A stretch of DNA of 64,000 nt, from NCBI RefSeq assembly GCF_006345805.1, contig NC_042998.1, positions 32,054,001 to 32,118,000 on the forward strand. Direction: 5' to 3'. Below the pieces are notes generated by a model, which saw only the letters and a program-made list of their open reading frames with translations, did not search any database and was not told the DNA's origin. This stretch comes from Octopus sinensis (taxonomy: Eukaryota). The translations under genes were made by a program, and so were the position numbers. Positions 36,223 to 51,137 of this stretch are shown here, in pieces. Numbering within the stretch: position 1 is the first letter of the stretch; each line of letters starts with the position of its first letter.

Positions 36223-37385
36223 TATATATTTATAGTAGAATGACACTTCTTTATTTCAGATTAGTGTTACAGTTGTTTAGAAGGAAAAAAACGCTTTTAG
36301 ACATTACTTTGAGGCACAAATGCGTTAATAAAACGAGCTCAGTTATTCATGGATCTACATAACTAACATCTTTGGAATACAACTATTAACCATTCTATTA
36401 GTTACTCCATTGTCTGTACCGGTCATAGAAACTATTATATTTCTCAGAACCATAACATCATTAATGAACTTCATGAAGGTATTCTCATTTTAAGTATTCA
36501 ATTAAATACGTACTGTGTTGGGAACATTTGTTCTCAGTTTCTGTAATAGTGTTAACTTTCAAATTTAATTCTCTAAATTACAATCATATATGCCTTACAA
36601 ATTACATCTCCCAGCATCTATGAGATAAAGGCAGACACATTTATTATCAAAGCAATTATTGGGAGATATATTCAATATAGTAAAATATAATATATTACGG
36701 ATTCGTTATGAAATCGCATTCAATCCAACTTTCAGCTGTAGAAAAGTATGAACAATGTTGCGGCTTTAAGTAATTCTAGAAATGAAATTTTTGCCTCTTA
36801 TTCTCTTTCTTATTTATGCTTGCTCTCTTGTTCATTTTCATTTTTTATTTTTACTGTTGCTTTTGCTGGAACTCACTGCTTCCAATTTAGATGAAGCATG
36901 TGATGCGCAAATGTCGTTTCAGTTAACTTGGCAATTTTTCTTAAGCTTAAAACGATTTAATATTCATGTTTCGCAGCTGCTTCTGTCATTAGCATTTCAC
37001 AATTATTTACTGACATTAGAAGGTGTTTGTTTCATCTCCATGAATAGAGTAGCAGCTTTTAATTTATGATCGCCTAAGTTTCAAATGTAATTGATTATCT
37101 AAGATTATTTACAGAATTGTCATTATTGAAGGTTTGGCGCTTAAAACTGTCAACGTTTTAAACACCGCAGTAAAATAATTTCAATAAGCATGATTATAAC
37201 TTGTACTATTTTTTCTTTTTTACTCTTTAAAGGTGGAGTTGTTCTTTATTATCCTGAACTACACCATGAAGCGTCTGTTTTCGTGTATTTGTAAGATATC
37301 ACACTTTGCGGAAGCTGCGAATTTGAGTTATAATAAACTATGAACTAATGACAGTGCTTCTACATGGTTGCTTCAAGATACTATA

Positions 37386-37603
37386 GGGTTGTCCGGAAAG
37401 TTCGTGCCGATTTTTAAAGGAAAGAAAATGGTCAATAAATACTTGTCATTACATTTTAATCAACCAAATATGAACCATTTTGTTGCGCAATGCGTCTCCA
37501 TCTTTCCTTTAACTTGAAAATAACCTCTTCCCAGAATTGAAGTGCCTGGGATGGTAAGTCGAAAGGTAAGCTACTATAAATCGGCACGAACTTCCCGGAC
37601 ACT
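37386..37603 (-). mobile_element. Internally deleted mariner derivative with 24-bp TIRs
   Basis: tgtccggaaagttcgtgccgattt (37390-37413) vs aaatcggcacgaacttcccggaca (37578-37601), 23/24 match. The interior encodes the mariner C-terminus FWEEVIFKLKERWRRIAQQNGSYLVD*. Confidence 0.85.
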
Positions 37604-38448
37604 GTCTCAAACTAATACATCGAATAACTGTTGTATGAATCGAATAACTGTAGGACAACAGCCAGTAGTATAACAAAACACAGATGAGGCGGCATGTGTT
37701 AATTACAACAGCGAATATTAAAAACAAAATTGAAGTCAATTTTCGTTTGTTTTTTTGCGAATAACCTTCAAGGAATATCAAAGCGTTTTAAACAAGATAT
37801 TAAATGAACTGGTTTCATGTTTCTAGAATTATTTAACATTTAATGTTGTCTTTTAAAACAATGTTATTGCTTTTCATTTAATCTGATATTTTGTATGAAC
37901 ATTTGCTGTTTTACCCATATAATATAATCCAGCTATATTATACTACCTTAACTAAAACAACAGATTATCTAGTATTAATCTGGGCATAATACAATGCAAA
38001 AGTAAACTTTAATTCAATCTCATTAACCACCTCAGTAAATTATCATTGTTTGTGTAATATTGTTTTTTTCTTTCTTTTTTCTTGCTACACAAAAAGGGGA
38101 CATTTATTAGAGGAGGGAATTGGGGACTTGAGGTATCCACACCAAGTGAAGAGCATTATCAGCTTAATTAAAATGAATTGAAATTTGACAGCAAATTATC
38201 AGGAGGATGAGTTTTTCCGGCTCACGCTATAAACAATTTAAATACTGACATATTTCAATCTACCAACAATAACATACTTGATATAATCCGTTTGTACGCA
38301 ATGTTTGCAATAATTGTGAATGTATAATCAGTTTAAATATGCGATTCTATGGTTTAAAGTACCCCAGGATATACTTATGTTAATAAAAACATATTTTCAG
38401 ACATACAGACACAAGCGCATACTCACACGCACGCATACATTCGTTTAT

Positions 38449-38645
38449 ACGAGGTGCTCCAAAAGTCTCTCCGCAGTAAGTATTTAATGATTTTCGGGCG
38501 ATTCTTGAACACTGATCCTTTATTTGCTCCCCAGACAAAAAAGGCTGGCGGTATTAAATCAGGTAATCGCGGTGGCCAAAGTCCCTTCCAAATAATCCGA
38601 TCATCGAAAACGCTCGAAGTAGCGCCATGGTGATGCGCAGGATGA
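38449..38645 (-). mobile_element. Tc1/mariner catalytic-domain fragment
   Basis: HHGAT...DDRIIWKGLWPPRLPDLIPPAFFVWGANKGSVFKNRP resembles QQDGAT...WPPRSPDL.P.DFFLWG.LK..V. Confidence 0.7.
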
Positions 38646-39290
38646 AAATAATTCACTGCGAAGAGACTTTTTATATACACTGCATGTGTATGTGATTATG
38701 TAAATACGTATGTGTGTATGTATGGGTGTACATATGTGTTAGTTTGTTCCTTTATATTTGCTTATTATTTTAGTGCAGATTTTCTTTTGCTTGAAATCAG
38801 ATATCTTTATATGGTCAATGGTTTCTCATTTAGAAAGAAGGAAAGCTTATCTTGACTATTATTTCTAGCGTACCAAAACGTCGTGTGTTTTGAACAAAGA
38901 AATATACGGAATTATGCATCATTGTATTTACTTTCAATGTAAAAATGGGGCAATAATCTTTTTATTGGCTGAGAAAAAATATCGTACCGATGAGTATAAC
39001 TTAGAAACATTTTAAATGAGCTCTTTTTAGCAGAAATATATTTTTAAGAAAATAGCAAAAGCAGAGATTTCTTTTGGTATACTATCTAATCCTACTCTTC
39101 GATCCTCTCTTTCGCCGACTCTCTGGGAATACAATTATGAATTATGCCAACTATCTTCTAAGGAAACGAATTCGGTTGATAAGCATATTCTGTTGGAGAA
39201 TTTTATTGTGTCAAAATTTGCTAGTTATAATAATAACATATTACGAAGAATTAATTATATACATGTAATCCATACAAGTATTTCTTATTT

Positions 39291-39517
39291 ATTTATTGCC
39301 CACAAGCGGCTAAACATAGAGGGGACAAACAAGAATAGACAAAGAGATTAAGTCGATTACATCGTCCCCAGTGCGTAACTGGTACTTAATTTATCGACCC
39401 CAAAAGGATGAAAGGCAAAGTCGACCTCGGCGGAATTTGAACCCAGAACGTAACGGCAGACGAAATACCGCTAAGCATTTTGCCCGGCGCGCTAACGCTT
39501 CTGCCAGCTCGCCGCCT
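39291..39517 (-). mobile_element. SINE-A copy
   Basis: Full head, core and tail. Confidence 0.9.
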
Positions 39518-40308
39518 TGTATACTAGTAATTTTATCATCCGGAATCGCCGTTGGCTAAAAGCAAGCTGGCTGAAATAGATTCACCCTTTTCTTGGAGCA
39601 TTTGCAATCGTGCTTACCTGATGAATAACTGGACCTGAGACCATGTGTTGAGGATAAAACAATTCTCCCGAGAAAGACTCATTCTAGACATTTACAATAA
39701 CACAAACATTTACTTTTAATCTATTGCATATGTTGCCAAATTGTTCTCACACATTTGCATTTTGGTCATTGGAACTGTTTAAAAGTTTGAGCGTCATAGG
39801 ATATTATAGATATCAGTTTTCTTTTACTTTCATCTCATTTGACGCGGAATGTAAGTGTATATATACTTTTCTTATATTCGTGCTTAGTAATTTCAACCTC
39901 AAATTCCGTCATCGTTTGATCATCCTTTGTCATTTTCGTGCTGTATATTTTTGGATTATGTTGCTTAGAAATTTGCTTTCATCAATGATATCATTCCACC
40001 TACTTTTCAGTTTTCTCTTCTTAAAGATTGGTTTTAAAATTGTTTCCATTTTGTTCACTATTTTCAAGCATATAGTATATTTGAACAAGTTTCTATTGTG
40101 CTATAATTCTACAGAAATTAGGTTTTTTCCCTATATTGATTAAATTATATTTTAAATATGTTTGTTACAAACAGAAACAACAAAGGGGTTTGACACAGAA
40201 AAATAATGTTGATATATTTGTAATTACACATTAAATCACATACATGCATCCTTATATATGTATGTACAAGCATGCGTATAAATTTATACAAGCGCACGCA
40301 TGCATGGG

Positions 40309-40353
<45 letters not shown>

Positions 40354-40519
40354 ATGTGTGTGTGTGTCTGTATGAGCGTGGTGTGTGTGTCTATGCGTGA
40401 GAGTGTGTGCATCCAATCTATTGAGAGACCAATGTACCATTGTACGTGATAATAAAAAAAATCAATGGAAGTTTGTTTTTTTCAGTAAATCTGTTACAGT
40501 GTAAAGTGAATGTGTGTAC

Positions 40520-40557
<38 letters not shown>

Positions 40558-43500
40558 CAGACACACATATATGTGTGTGTATGTGTGTTTATGTGCGTGT
40601 ATGAGTGTATGAGTGTGTTTGTGTGTGTGTGTGCTTGTGTGTGTGTGTGTGTCTTTGTAGCTATGGTATTAACTATATAATTATAAATGAAATTATATAT
40701 ATATACAAGTTTATCGATAATATTTTTGAGTAAACCCTTTGATCCTTCTTTTCCAATAAGTTTAATATATAATTTAATCTATAAAGCGGAAACTTAATTT
40801 CCATAGACTTATACTAGTATTTAAAAAATGTTCATCTTTGCCTTATGTTTACATCGAGAAAATAAGCATAATTTTTTTTAAAAACCTTCAAAAAGAAATC
40901 ATAGAAAGAGAGAACAGACAAAATGAAGAGACTGATATAATCAAAATATAAACAAGCCAAAACGTGGAACCTGAGAGTGACAAACGATGATCAGCCGATG
41001 ACTGATGCCATGAGGTCAAAGTCACTCAACACCAGTACATTGAATATATATGTCTCTAAGCTCCATATTTTACAAGAAAAGAATATATAGCTGAGCTCTA
41101 GATGAACTGGAAATTTGCGAAATTTGAAGCATTGCAGTGGAACAGCCTTTGTGAAAATGTTGCAATTAGGTAGTGAAAATGTTGACACTTCATGAAATTA
41201 ATTTAAAACTGTATTTTTGTGTAATAGTAATCTAGATATCATTTTTAACATGTATGCGCTGTTGACAAGCATGATACTGTGGTTCTTTTGTCTGAGTAAA
41301 TCACTCTAAAGACATGTGATCAAAACAAACACATGTCGGAGCGAGACGCGCATCATTCTATTAGTGATGCATGAGAATGTGCCGCTTTTCGACTTCCTTG
41401 AGCCCTGTCAATGACTTGTAATCGAATGTCACACCCAAGACAAAATCTCTCCCCTCCATTATATAGGACACTGAATAATACAAAAATTGATATTGAAGGA
41501 GAGGCGTCGGGATGAAAAAAAAATGGTGTACAAAATTTAAACAGTATTAAATTAAAATAACCATCAATGTGTCAGGTTCTATAAATATGATATTTCTCAA
41601 AATCATGGAGAATAACAAAGCAATTACCCAAGTGAATATATCAATCCACATACACAATGCAACGAGGCAAAAGGAATCGACAAAATATATTTATCAAGGA
41701 TCAACAGGAAACAGTGTGACTCCACCTCTATAAGTTTCAATAAATAATAACAGAAGAAAGTTTTCGAATATAAATCTGGAAATACGCATATAAAAAATCG
41801 GATATTAAAAATAAAAACGATGTCCGTAATTATAGCTTTGAAATGATTAAAAAAGTTGCGGGGAAAATACGTACCCAAAGCCCTAATGGCTTACATGTAT
41901 AAACAACATTCGGAAAAGAACATTGATATGCGGTTTGCACATTAAGTAGAATAAATTCAATGCAATAAAAATACAAATCAAAAGTACAACATATTCAGCA
42001 TACGTACCGCTACGCTTGGTTGTATACAACAAACGCACAATGAAAACAAGGTTATTGAAAATGATAGTAGCGAAAACTAAATAAGATTAGGTCTAATTTC
42101 ATTTCTCATATGCGTTTATTATACAAACAATTTAAGGGTTATATCATACAACACATTCAAAAACAACGAATAAATATAGAACAGAATTCGCAAAATAACT
42201 TAAAGTAAAATCAATGCTATTGCAATACAGAACAACTAGTTTTCCATTACTAAATCAAACAGTAATAAAAGCAATATCCGCTGAATTACACTATATGATG
42301 AAGTGCGTAGCGTGTACTTAATTCGAGCATGATAAGAAACCAATGTAATGTATTGTTTAGAAGCAGTGTTTTCTCAAAAGATTACCTCCTAACAAAAAGT
42401 TTTGCCCCGTGTCACTGGAGCGCCAATATGAAAACAAAATTAAAAGATAATGTTGTGCAAAGATGGGTCTATTGATATACTACTCTCAAGCTCTATAGCA
42501 ATATAAAATCTAATACACATGAGCATGATAAAAGAAACAGAAAAATAAGATGAGTGAAAAACATTCAGAAACATTGGCGTGCGTACCGAGATTCATGATA
42601 AACAATTTAAATAAAATAGTCACAGAAATACATTGATACATAGAAAGAATAGTGACTGAAAATAAAGTAGCGAGTGGTGACTTACAAAATATATAAGTCC
42701 CAACAGACCAATGAAAAGTTCATGATATAACCAACCATGCATATACTTTCGAATTCGAAGGAAAAGGAACATATTAGCGAGGTTGCATACACAAATAATA
42801 TAATAAATTAACCTTGTAAATAATATAAAATGATACTAAACATAACACATAATAGAAAACGCTTTACATCACAACAAATTGAAAACATTAAAAGAGCTGA
42901 AAGAAAGCATTTAAACAAATACGTTTTCACAACGAAAATCTGTCCTCGCCCAAACACTTAACAGAAAGTAGAATAAAGATGAATATCAGAACAGTTGAAT
43001 TAAATATTCATTAAGGAAATGCTAACAAATACAATAAACAAAATGATAAAAAGGTATAATAACAAAAACGTTGAATATGGATCAACTTAAAGCCTTATTC
43101 AGGCTCCATCTAAGAAACAGCTATAAAAAAATATTAAATAAATGTCCCAGGAGTCTGTAAGATTGGCTGTCCACGGACATAGAATATGTAAATAAAAATC
43201 ATTTAAGGATTTCTTCTACTTAAGTTGTATTATAGGAGGAAACCGGATTTGATCGTGATTGTTTGACCCATAAACATCCAAACCTCAGAAACATATAAGA
43301 AAATGTTTTACATAAAGTTGCTAAAAGTATTGTAGTGTTACATTTTCTCAGCAAATTTGAAAAGGAAACACAAAAAACACACAAGAAAAGCCAAATGCTG
43401 TTTCAGCATATCATATAATGAAAAATATGTACTTGCGTTTTCAAAGTTTTTCTTTTTACTTATTTTTCATTATATGATTTGCTGAAACGATGTCTTCTAT

Positions 43501-43585
43501 TTACAGTGTGCCTTTTTATATTCCATCCTGGTATGCGCTCAATTGGTTAAATGTTTGAATTGCATACAAGCATATTATTTTCTAA

Positions 43586-43768
43586 GTACAAGGCCTGAAA
43601 TTTGGGGGAGGGGAGCCAGTCGATTAGACTGGTACTTAATTTATCGACCCTGAAAAGATGAAAGGCAACGTCGACCTCAGCGGAATTTGAATTCAGAACT
43701 TAAAGACAGACGAAATACTTCGAAGCATTTCGCCCGGTTTGCCAACGATTCTGCCAGCTCGCCGCCTT
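43586..43768 (-). mobile_element. SINE-A copy (alternative tail)
   Basis: Core and head match; tail caaggcctgaaatttgggggaggggagccagtcga. Confidence 0.85.
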
Positions 43769-45249
43769 TCGTATACAAGTATATTTTCGATTAGCATTCA
43801 CAGGACTTGGTAATTGTTAAATAATGATCAATATCCTTTTCTACTCTAGGCAGAAGGCCCTAAAGTTTCTGCCAGCTCGACGCCTTAATAATGCATCAAT
43901 ATCAATAGGTCACACATACTGGGATAGAATATTACCATATACATTAACTGCAGTAAAAAATGTTAAGGGCTGCAATGGAGAAAGAATAAACTAGTGGTGC
44001 TCCAGCATGACCGCAGTCAGATAACTGAAGCAAGTAAAAGAATAGTATAACATATAACAGTAAGGCAAACGTAAGCTATGTAACCAACAAAGAACTAAAA
44101 AACACTTTAGAAGCTGTCAATAAAACGGCGGTGCATCAGCATGGCCACAGCTCTGAGCTGAAACTAGAGACAAAAAAAGACGATTTGAAATTCCTCGATA
44201 AATTGTGCTACATTCATGATTAGTTTACAGTACACATGAATTTGAGATGGCGGCATTCAAAGAAAGTCTTCGTGAACCAGAATTAACAACTAATCATTTG
44301 TAGAATGAAACTATAATTTCAATGAAAAGAAAATACTAGAAATTACTAAAACTATAAACCTAGAAACTTGTTTATCTATTAATTCTAAATCCTGTCACTG
44401 CAAAATTATAACAATCCACGAAAGAGGCAGAATGTGTCCCGAAGAGTCATTTATACGCATAAAGCGCAGCTATTATAAATCATAAACCGTGAAAATCATA
44501 TTAAAGAAATACTATTGCTAAGAATATATTTGTTAATAAAGAAGACTAGAGTAAACTTGCTAAGACAGTATATTTGCGTGTGCAATTGTATTTGTGTAAC
44601 GGATGACTTTATAAATAACGTGTGATGAAACAAATGAACAATTTAGCCATAAAAGAGTCATTCTAGCCATTTTCTCACATACAAAATGTTACGTATACGC
44701 AAGTGAAACAGAATTCAAATAAAATAGCAATTATGTATCATATTTAACGTATATAAAGTCGACAACCAGAATGCTACGGCTTTTCTCCGAGAGGAAATTT
44801 CTTCATAGACATGTGTTAAAAAGACTGGCTATGTTATATCGCAACGAGATGAGCGTCATCCCAGCGATGACGTACGAAAACACCAGACGTGTTTCGTCTT
44901 ACTTGTGATTGAAAGGTTACAAAGAACGTTCACCAGTAAAACAACTTTGGCTAAAAGCCTTTAATTACTAGAAACCTCTGAAAGCTCTCTTGAACGACGA
45001 AGGGAAAAAAATAATATCATATAAGTGTGAAAAATCTTGGATGAGCATCTTTCAAACTTCGGCATTAGGGAGAGATTTAATTCACAAATTGGAAAACACT
45101 TTATACCTATTTGATACTTAGAGGTCTTCAGTTTTCTGACTGCCTACCTAAAGAAATTACAAATATACAAGCGATCACTACTGAAACGTTCATTGGATAA
45201 AGTCATAACGACAATACAGGACCAGCCACACTTTCAAGGATACACTGAA

Positions 45250-47150
45250 GGAAGGTCAGCAACTACAAATTCAACCACCGACCAACTTCAAGCCATAAAG
45301 CAACGATTAAACTGAAATTATATGCACTCGACTGTCGTATGCCTTGACGAAATTTGTTTCCGATATATAAGAAGTATTTGCATACAATAACTTTTATTCA
45401 GTTCAGCAGCTCTCTGGAATATCAGTGAATATGTTATTACTGTATTTGTTTGCATCTTTGAAGCGTCTTTGATGTCAGAAAACTGTCGATTATGCTTCTG
45501 TTTGGGTTCGCAGCAGTTAGCATTAGTTCTTCATTGCTCCTTACTAGGTAATTTTAGTTTAATAGTGAATATTTATACTAGCTCTTTAGTTGCAAAATGC
45601 CCATATCTCCATTATTTTATCTTATTCTTTTATTCTTTCAGTGGTTTCAGTCGTAGGATTGCGGCCATGCTCGACTACAGCCTTAATTTATTTGGCTGGA
45701 CGTTGGCCTGTAATTGAATTTGTAGATTTTGATCTTCCCTGAGATCTTCCCTGGTTGGGTGATCCTGTGTCGTCGTAATGTTTTTCGGAAAGTTTCAGTT
45801 GAGATCGCTTCTATATTTAAAATGTCTTTAGCCAGGCTTTTGTAAAACTGAGGAGCTCTAAATATCAGACTAAATTTGTAAGTTGTAGGACAGGACATGC
45901 TATAGTTATGTAATTTTGAGCGGGTTGCTGTTTATTTAGTTCTAATATTAACATGGTATTCAATGAAACAGCCAAGCGTCTTTCCATTCTTGCAGTATAG
46001 TGTTAAATATTTCCGCACTCGCTTTCTGCATCACTGTTGAATATTTAGGAGTTTAGTAAGCTATATTTTTCTTGTGCCTCCCAGTAGTTAGTCTTTTCCA
46101 TCCTTTGGACTGTAACGAGAATTGATATGGACTTCCATTTTTTGTTTGATTGTTGTCGCTGACTTTCGATGATTTCATTACATTCAAACTCCTTATCAGA
46201 ATTGATTTTGTCTTGCTGTTAATTCTTCATGAAATTCCTTTTGAATTTCTCCTTTTTCTTGGTTTTAGGCTGAATTGGAACTGCGTTCATTAACGACAGA
46301 TTATTTGTGGCTAACAGTGGTTACTTGTTGTTTCCGACGTTTCTTCATTTCAAATCTTTTCTTTCAATGACCCCATTCATAACTCTTTATCATTTTACTT
46401 TGTTATATGAGATATTTTGTCGTATTTTTCTCAGTTGCCTCCTTTCTTTTTCGCAAAAACCGATATATCTTCTTTATTTTTTAGCTTCTCTTGTATATTT
46501 CATTTCCCCACTGTTTACTTTATATTTATACGGGTAGCTCTTAGTGAGTACCCAATTTCCTTTGTAACTATTTCGACTGCAGTATATAATATTTTTGTTT
46601 ATCCTGGTGATATTGATGTCCGTGTCTATTTTATCTGGGTCTGCGATTTGTATTTTCTTATTGTTGCCATTTCACCGTAACGTTCTATGCTTGGAAAGTA
46701 CCTCCTTTCAGCTTCTTGCCATAATTGCCATTATTATCATTTGAGATACACGTAATTTTTATCATTAGAATTTTCTCGTAGTTTTAGACATTTATATGTC
46801 TATTTGCCCTGTTCTTGGTGTGTGAGTTGGTCAGTATTGTGTAAAGTAATTTCGACTTTGATTTTGATGTGATTTGTTATTTTATTTTGGTTTTGCAGAT
46901 ATTATGTTTATCTTGGTGGTTTATTTTTTGAGTAATTTATTTTCCTTTTGTTTCCTTGTTATTTCTCTTTTCGCTATGTATCCTTTCTGTTCAGTGGTCT
47001 ATGTATATAAGAGATATCGTTTGTAGCTTTATAAATGTGTGTTCTTAAATTACCTACTCTATTGAGATCCAAACTTGTTTTCCGATTATTATTATTTCCT
47101 CTCCAAATTTTATCTTAAATATTGGCACAGATTCGTGATTTTTGGTAGAT
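45250..47150 (-). mobile_element. Heavily decayed LINE ORF2 (endonuclease/RT) remnant
   Basis: Minus-strand traces YKFNYRP (~45700-45730) and NFVKAYDS (45325-45355; cf. DF.KAFD); strong strand asymmetry; many stops. Boundaries approximate. Confidence 0.4.
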
Positions 47151-47639
47151 TGCGTTTGTAAAATACACATATAGAAGTATTTTCTTCTGTTCAGATAAAA
47201 CGTCTCTATTTTATATGCAAGATTTGGACAATAAACTTCGTTTCTTTATTTAGATGATAATAATTTCCTTTGAGTATCGATCGATTTTGTTTTCTAGTGG
47301 TGCTTGTATTTCACGCTTCATTTTCTTATGTCATATTGAAACTATATTTTCCGTTTTTATTCTTGGGCTAAATCAAACGGTGTGCATTTGAATTGTTTGT
47401 GATTTTTCTGCAGTGGGGATACGTCGGTGCGCTGTTGACTTGCACAGCATTAGGATATTTTTACAAGTGGTAGCCGATCGCGGGACCGTGCGGACATTAA
47501 AAATCGAACTTGTATTAGAAAAATATTTAACCAATAAATTACTTACGCATTTATCCATCAACATTTTACTCCAATTTTTATATATATTTGATTCTTTGTC
47601 ATTTAATATATGATAATGCCTATCATTTTTAGTCAACAG

Positions 47640-48029
47640 ATCCACTCTTATTTTATTGCAAGACAATGCCAGACCAAACATCGCAAATATGACACTGGCA
47701 ATACTACAGGGGCTGGAGTTGGAAGTTCTCCATCATCCACCATATTCACCTGAGCTTGCCCCCACAGACTACCACTTCTTCCAGAATTTGGATAATTTTT
47801 TGATAGGAAAAAATTTAATTCCGACGATGCTGTAAAACAGACCTTCCAAGATTTTATTGACTCTAGATTGCCAGGCTTTTACAGTTCTGGTTGGAGAAGC
47901 TATCGCTGAAATGGCGAAAGTGTATTGAGAATATGGGTGCATACTTTGATGAATAAAACTTTTCATTGTATTTATAAAAGATTAGAAACTTTTTTCTTTT
48001 CTACAAATTTCATACCTGACAACCTAATA
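47640..48029 (+). mobile_element. Mariner DD34D transposon 3' remnant
   Basis: LLQDNARPNIANMTLAILQGLELEVLHHPPYSPELAPTDYHFF (34 residues D to D)...KWRKCIENMGAYFDE*; TIR-like end ctgacaacctaata. Confidence 0.9.
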
Positions 48030-48597
48030 AGCAGATAGCCGTAATGAACTGAAGCTTATCTAATCGATAATAATGAATGCCTTGCCAAATTTAGAAATCG
48101 CGTTTGTTTCAAAGATAAATTTTATTGCACTAAGGTCCAATATCAAAAGAGCACCAATAATTCTTCGTTATAAATTATTTAAAGTGAGATTAATTGTGTT
48201 AGACATTATGCATAGTTGCAGAGAATACATAACGTATATATGAATATTGTAATATTATATGTGTGTGTCTATATATGTGAATATATGGGTGTATATGTAA
48301 TTTTAATTTATAGAGACTGCCGCAGTAATTCAATATACGTGTCAGCTGAAACCCGGTTGAAGTCACTTGAACTTTTAAATATACGTTTCGTCTTTAATCA
48401 CTGTTCCTTCTACACACATCATAATTCCTCAGGACAGTCTACATCCACCTCACCATCGCGCTTATTCACTCCCTACAGACGCAACACCTTTCCTGAATAC
48501 CACATTCGAAGCAGATATATGTATGTATGTATGTATGAAGGCATGTATGTGTGTTTGTATGTTTGTATGTTTGTATGTATATATATCTATGTGTGTA

Positions 48598-48650
<53 letters not shown>

Positions 48651-48718
48651 GTATGTATTTATGCAGTATGTCTGTGTTTATGTATGTATATGTTTATGTA
48701 TGTATATGTATATATATG

Positions 48719-48808
<90 letters not shown>

Positions 48809-49023
48809 TTAAGAAAGAGAGAAGCAAATTTCAAATGTCGGCTGAAATGGGATGCGCAATTGCGTGTGTATGTAAGAACTGTGTGTATGAGTATGTATGT
48901 TTGAATGGGGCGGAGGCGCGTGAATGCATGTGTGGGTGAGCTGATATATATATATATATAATATATATATATATATAGTGACGTATATTTGCCATTTGAA
49001 TATGGCTAACCCCTAAGATTTAT

Positions 49024-49061
<38 letters not shown>

Positions 49062-49066
<5 letters not shown>

Positions 49067-49107
49067 CTAAAATGCTACCAAGTATAAACCATACGAATTG
49101 TCATCTA

Positions 49108-49162
<55 letters not shown>

Positions 49163-49204
49163 TGACAATTCGTATGGTTTATACTTGGTAGCATTTTAGA
49201 TAAT
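49062..49204. repeat. Perfect 49-bp inverted duplication around a (TA)n core
   Basis: attatctaaaatgctaccaagtataaaccatacgaattgtcatctaata (49062-49110) is the exact reverse complement of 49156-49204. Confidence 0.92.
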
Positions 49205-50907
49205 TTTCTGGTGACAGAAGAAGTAATAATACCAAAAGGTAATCTTGATCTCTATCTTAAGGTGGAGGTTTTGAAAGAAAGCAGAATACCGCGTGATTTA
49301 CCTTGAGACGTTCTGTCATAATGACTCGTGGTGCATATAAGCACTCGTAATTATATTGTTGGTAGACGAGAACCGTCTACTACGGTTGTCGGAACAACTA
49401 AATCATCCTACTATGGGTTCGTCGGTGGCACATGTCCAGCAGCGGCATTATAGCCGTATCTCCCGTTAACGATATATACAATTTATGTATCAAATAATAT
49501 TCGTCAGGAAATATTTAAGACGCCATTAAGAACATATAACAACAAAACAATCTAAGTAAAAAAATTAAATATTTGTCATTTAAATGCTAAACGGCCTTTA
49601 AATCAGATTATTCACTAGAATTATTATATTCTTTATTCTTTTATTTGTTTCGGTTGAACAAGAAGAAAATACAGTCATTATTAAATATTAATTAATACAG
49701 AATAGAAAATCGATGATTCTTATATGAAAAAGGTATTAGTTATGCCGAACGGTAAAATTTCAAAGCAATATTTACTAGTAGTTATGCATAGAAGGCTTTC
49801 ATTTGTTCCTACAATATTAGATTGAGGATTCATATATTTGAGTTGCTTACCATAGTAATACTTGATACCCATGCCCAATCTTTTATTGTGATGATAAGTG
49901 GGTGAGTTTAAACAACGGAAATTTTACAAGTCCTTATTACTTGTTTCCTGGGCAAATCGTTACTGCCCTGTCGATATTCAGTAATCATTTTATGCATATT
50001 TTCAGCAAAGGCTGTTACGATTCAATTCACATCCTATTACGCATATGCAAAATGTCCATAAAACAAATTTCGTCTTAGTATTGTTGGAGAAAATATACTG
50101 GACTTGACTTTTCTTATAGACATTATACGAAGCTTGATCTGAGAATCTGATTTTCATTATTAAAAGTTAATGGTTATAAAAGGTATATAATAAACGAAAA
50201 TTCTATTCAGATTGATTTTAAATTGTATCTCCTTTAAGACTATTTTATGGACTAAGAACTACTATTAAAACAATATTATATTCTTTAATATCGATAAAAG
50301 AATATAAACGTATACTAATAAATGTTTAAAAGAATATATATTTCCCAGTAGGATAGTGAATGGAATTGGCAATACATTTCAGAAATGCTAGTAGTACTTC
50401 ATTTCTTTGTAACCATTAATAGAAAAGACAGTACTCATGAATCTTTCTGCGAATTAATTTGTAAGCTTCTCCAAGTGCAAATTTGTAACAAAATGCTTTC
50501 CAATAGTTACTGCACTTTGCCTTCTCAGTTCCCATGTCATCGAATAATTATTTGCCTTTCTGACCTCCAGGGTGGATAAAAATAAAATACCCGTTTAATC
50601 CTGGAGTGATTTATTCGGGTAATCTCTCACTGAAATTGCAGGTCTTTCGCTAATTTTCGAAACAATTTTGGAGGGCGGATTGGTATAATCTTCAGATTGG
50701 CAACCTTATTTTGAGAAACGGGTTGCCTGAGAAATGAGTTAGATGTGCCATTTAAATAGTCACACGTTCAATGAATTCTTTAGAGCATCTGTAAAAGTTC
50801 AGCAAAATGTGAGCAAAACGTAAAACGTCTTCTGGAGGGTAAATATATATAAAAAATAAAGAATGAATTATTCAGTTTACAAGCAGAATACATATATGTA
50901 TTTCGTG

Positions 50908-51137
50908 AAGGCACGTGGCTTAGTGGTTAGGGTATTCAGCTCACGATCGTAAGGTCATGCGTTCGATTCCAAGCGGCGCATTGTTCCATTGAGCAGGACA
51001 CTGCTACTTTTTTCATCGTCCCCGAAAGGATGAAAAGCAAAGTTGACCTCGGCGGAATTTGAACTCAGAACGTAACCGCAGATGAAATGCCGATATGCAT
51101 TTCGCACAGCGTACTAACGTCTCTGCCAGCTCACCAC
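50908..51137. mobile_element. tRNA-derived SINE head (+, 50908-51005) fused to a partial SINE-A (-, 51012-51137)
   Basis: ggcacgtggcttagtggttaggg (A box)...gcgttcgattcc (B box), followed by a SINE-A core/head in the opposite orientation. Confidence 0.75.

Noticed and set aside
39618-39683. 66-nt minus-strand candidate exon (tag|...CAG|gtaagc)
   Set aside because: Isolated, poor pyrimidine tract, no partner exon or homology.
44844-44898. Hammerhead-like fold (AGATGA, cgtcatc/gatgacg stem, GAAA, acac/gtgt stem)
   Set aside because: The core lacks C3/U4, extra bases precede GAAA, stem I is only 3 bp, and it lies beside decayed LINE sequence.
48381-48445. Minus-strand CTGAGGA...GAAACGTA
   Set aside because: Neither stem I nor stem II can pair.
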